Of a DNA stretch of 64,000 nt, positions 61,012-64,000 are shown piece after piece. The DNA is from the human T2T-CHM13v2.0 reference genome, Homo sapiens. Positions within the stretch are counted from its first letter, which is position 1, and each line of letters starts with the position of its first letter. The notes under the pieces are model-generated. The model was given only the letters and a program-made list of their open reading frames with translations. It did no database searches and had not been told where the DNA came from. The position numbers and the translations under genes were made by a program. The stretch is taken from NCBI RefSeq assembly GCF_009914755.1, contig NC_060925.1. One strand, written 5' to 3'.

Positions 61012-62325
61012 CTTCAACTGAGGTGCTGCAGGAGCCAGAGAGAGGGAAGGACCAGTTCTGGCCAGCTGAGGAAACCTACAAGCAAAATTTCCATTACTGT
61101 ACTATGCAGATGAATAAATTGAGGCTGGGGAACTAGGGTGGGGGTGGGTCAACCTTTAGGGAATGAGGTCTCAGGGGCTCAGCTTTCGCTTCCTGCAAGT
61201 CATACTGTCAGAGTGACACTGGGGCAGGCACAAAGGGGCCTGCATCCCAGTAACAGCCCCCCGAGACACATTTTGTCACTGGCATGGCAACAGCAGCATC
61301 CCAGCCTGAGGGGAGGCAGAACTGGAGCAGGTGCAGTGACAGGAAATACATACCCAGTGACTCTGATCTGGTCTCATTTGCTGCCAACGTCAGAAGGTGC
61401 CCGGGTGTGGGAAGGTGGGAGTCATGGGCTTCCTCAGAACCCAGGGCAGGAAAACCCTAGGCCACAGAGGGTCAAAAGTCCAGACTCACTTTGTCCAAGT
61501 GTTCTTCAGGATTCAGACCCCAGCCTGTCCCTAAATGAGTGCTGAGCCAAAGATAGGAGGTAGCTCTCAGACTTTGGGTTCCTGGATCCCAGACTCTGCC
61601 CCCTGCAACACTAAGGGGCCACACCTAGAAAGGTCTGCTAAGCCTGGGTTTAGGTTTTTCCATACAAGGTAGGAAACTGCTAGAGATGAGAGTGGGGCAT
61701 TATTCCTATCTTCTCGCCCAGCCCTGGAAGCTGAGCACAACCCAGACCCTACCATTCCCAATGCTAATGGGGCATCTGTTTCCCTGCCCTCATGGATGTA
61801 ATCCTCCATCAGCACTCAGACTTGTCTCTCAAGTGACAGCAGCCAGGGTGATGCGATACACAGGAGAGTGTGCAGCAAGGACTCCTGGGTTGGGCCCTTC
61901 TGATGGTGTCAGCCTCTCTGTTGCCCATCCGTCCCCCCCACCAACAAACACTACACTCAAGAAACAGTTCTCTTGCTGGGCATGGTGGCTCACACCTATA
62001 ATCCCAGTGACTCAGGAGGCTGGGGCAGGAGAACTGCTTCAGGCCAGAATTTCAAGACCAGCCTGGGCAAGATAGTGAGATTCCCTTCTCTACAAAAAAT
62101 TAGCTGGGCATGGAGGTGTGCATCTGTAGTCCTAGCTACTTGGGAGGCTGAGGTGGGGAGGTCACTTGAGCCTGAGAGTTGGGAGGCTGCAGTGAGCTAT
62201 GATCATGCCACTGCACTCTAGCCTGGGTAACAGTGAGACCTTGTTAAAAAAAAAGTTTTTGGGGCCGGGCACGGTGGCTCACACCTGTAATCTCAGCACT
62301 TTGAGAGGCCAAGGCAGGTGGATCA

Positions 62326-62788
<463 letters not shown>

Positions 62789-64000
62789 TGATCTGCCTGC
62801 CTTGGCCTCCCATAGTGTTTGGATGACAGGTGTGAGCCACCGTGCCTGGCCTCCCATAGTGTTTGGATTACAGGTGTGAGTCACCGCGCCCGGCCAAATG
62901 AAGTTTTTACACAGTCAGCCCCTCTCCAAGGGGACTTCGGTTTCCAAAGGCCAAAGGTTCAAAGGGCTCAAAGGTTCTACCCAGGTCCCTGAAGCTTTGT
63001 GAAGAGCCCAGGCTTCCCACAGAAGCCCCTTTCCTCCTCCTTACTTTGCACAGTTGAGGCTGGAGGGACATCTCAGGAATATGATGGGGCAGGTGGACAG
63101 ACACTGAGCAGAATCAGAAGGCTGGGCAAAGATAGATGGGTACCTCCTAGGCTGTATTAATCCAGGCTTCTTGTCCATCTCCTTTAGTCTGTGTGCCCCT
63201 CCATGGCTAGAGCATATTCTCAATATTCTCTGTGCCCCACCCTATCCCAGCTATAGACCTACCTGCACACTTGAAGGTGCAGAGGGCTGTGAGTGTGCAT
63301 GCACAAGGCAGGGAGGCTACAGCTGCCGCCCCTGGAAACTGGAAGCTGCCCTTTCTCCTCCCCTCCAATCACTTGTCACCTCTGGGAGTTGCCTCTCATG
63401 TTGCTGCCACCAGGGACACACAGGGACCACAGAAAAGAAGAAAGCATAGCTGCTGCCCAGACTGTAGTTGGAGGGAGAAAATAAAGCCGCTTGAGCAGAT
63501 CAAAAGACCGCTGTCCCAACATCCCACTGGGAGGTGCCTTATTTGTCTGGATCGGAAACCTGGCAGGTGGAGAGGGCTCTCAGAAGAGATCAGAGGGAGA
63601 GGAGACCAGTGTCCTCCCAGGGTGGACCTGTAATGGGAGGACTCTTCTGGATGAGGGTGGAGAGGGTCACAGGTTCATTCCCACCCTGAGAACTCTGAGC
63701 TGAGGCTGACAGTAGGACCTGAAGGATGAGGAGAAAGGTTGCTATCATCCCAAGGATTTTTTTTTTTTTTAATGCAGAGGGAGAGAAATATCTCACAACT
63801 TCACTTCCCCAACACATTGGTTACCTTTAGGGTGCTCCCTTCACAGAGCCCTCCAGCACAAGTTGACCCCAGGGAGGGAAATGGACAGAAAATGGAGAAG
63901 AAAGGGATACCTGGTTGAAGCCAGAGACAGATTTCTTCACTTTCATCTGAGAAGTAGAGAGTAAAGACTCCTCCTGGGAGGGCTCATTCCAGGTGCAGCC

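Overview
Human/primate, extremely Alu-dense genomic DNA with no prokaryotic features. The minus strand carries the 5' part of INPP5B (type II inositol polyphosphate 5-phosphatase), recognised from its N-terminal peptide: non-coding exon 1 near 55.9 kb and coding exons 2-8 down to 234. Intron 2 is a U12-type AT-AG intron. Exon 7 has GC and GT alternative donors and sits in a CpG island that looks like an internal promoter. The ~40-kb intron 7 holds a full-length SVA and a MER41A provirus whose 3' LTR is interrupted by a HERV-H-type provirus with a tRNA-Phe PBS, which in turn contains a BC200 retrocopy. The intron also has two Alu-mediated tandem duplications and a retroposed tRNA-Glu 5' fragment. 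The main discovery lies upstream of INPP5B on the same strand (57.3-61.0 kb). Seven phase-compatible coding exons assemble into a 276-codon protein with a signal peptide, two cysteine-rich Ly6/uPAR-like (three-finger) repeats, a Pro/Thr linker and a GPI-anchor-type tail. It is disabled by one in-frame TAG and a probable GT>GG donor lesion. I do not recognise it as any named gene; it is a candidate unitary pseudogene.
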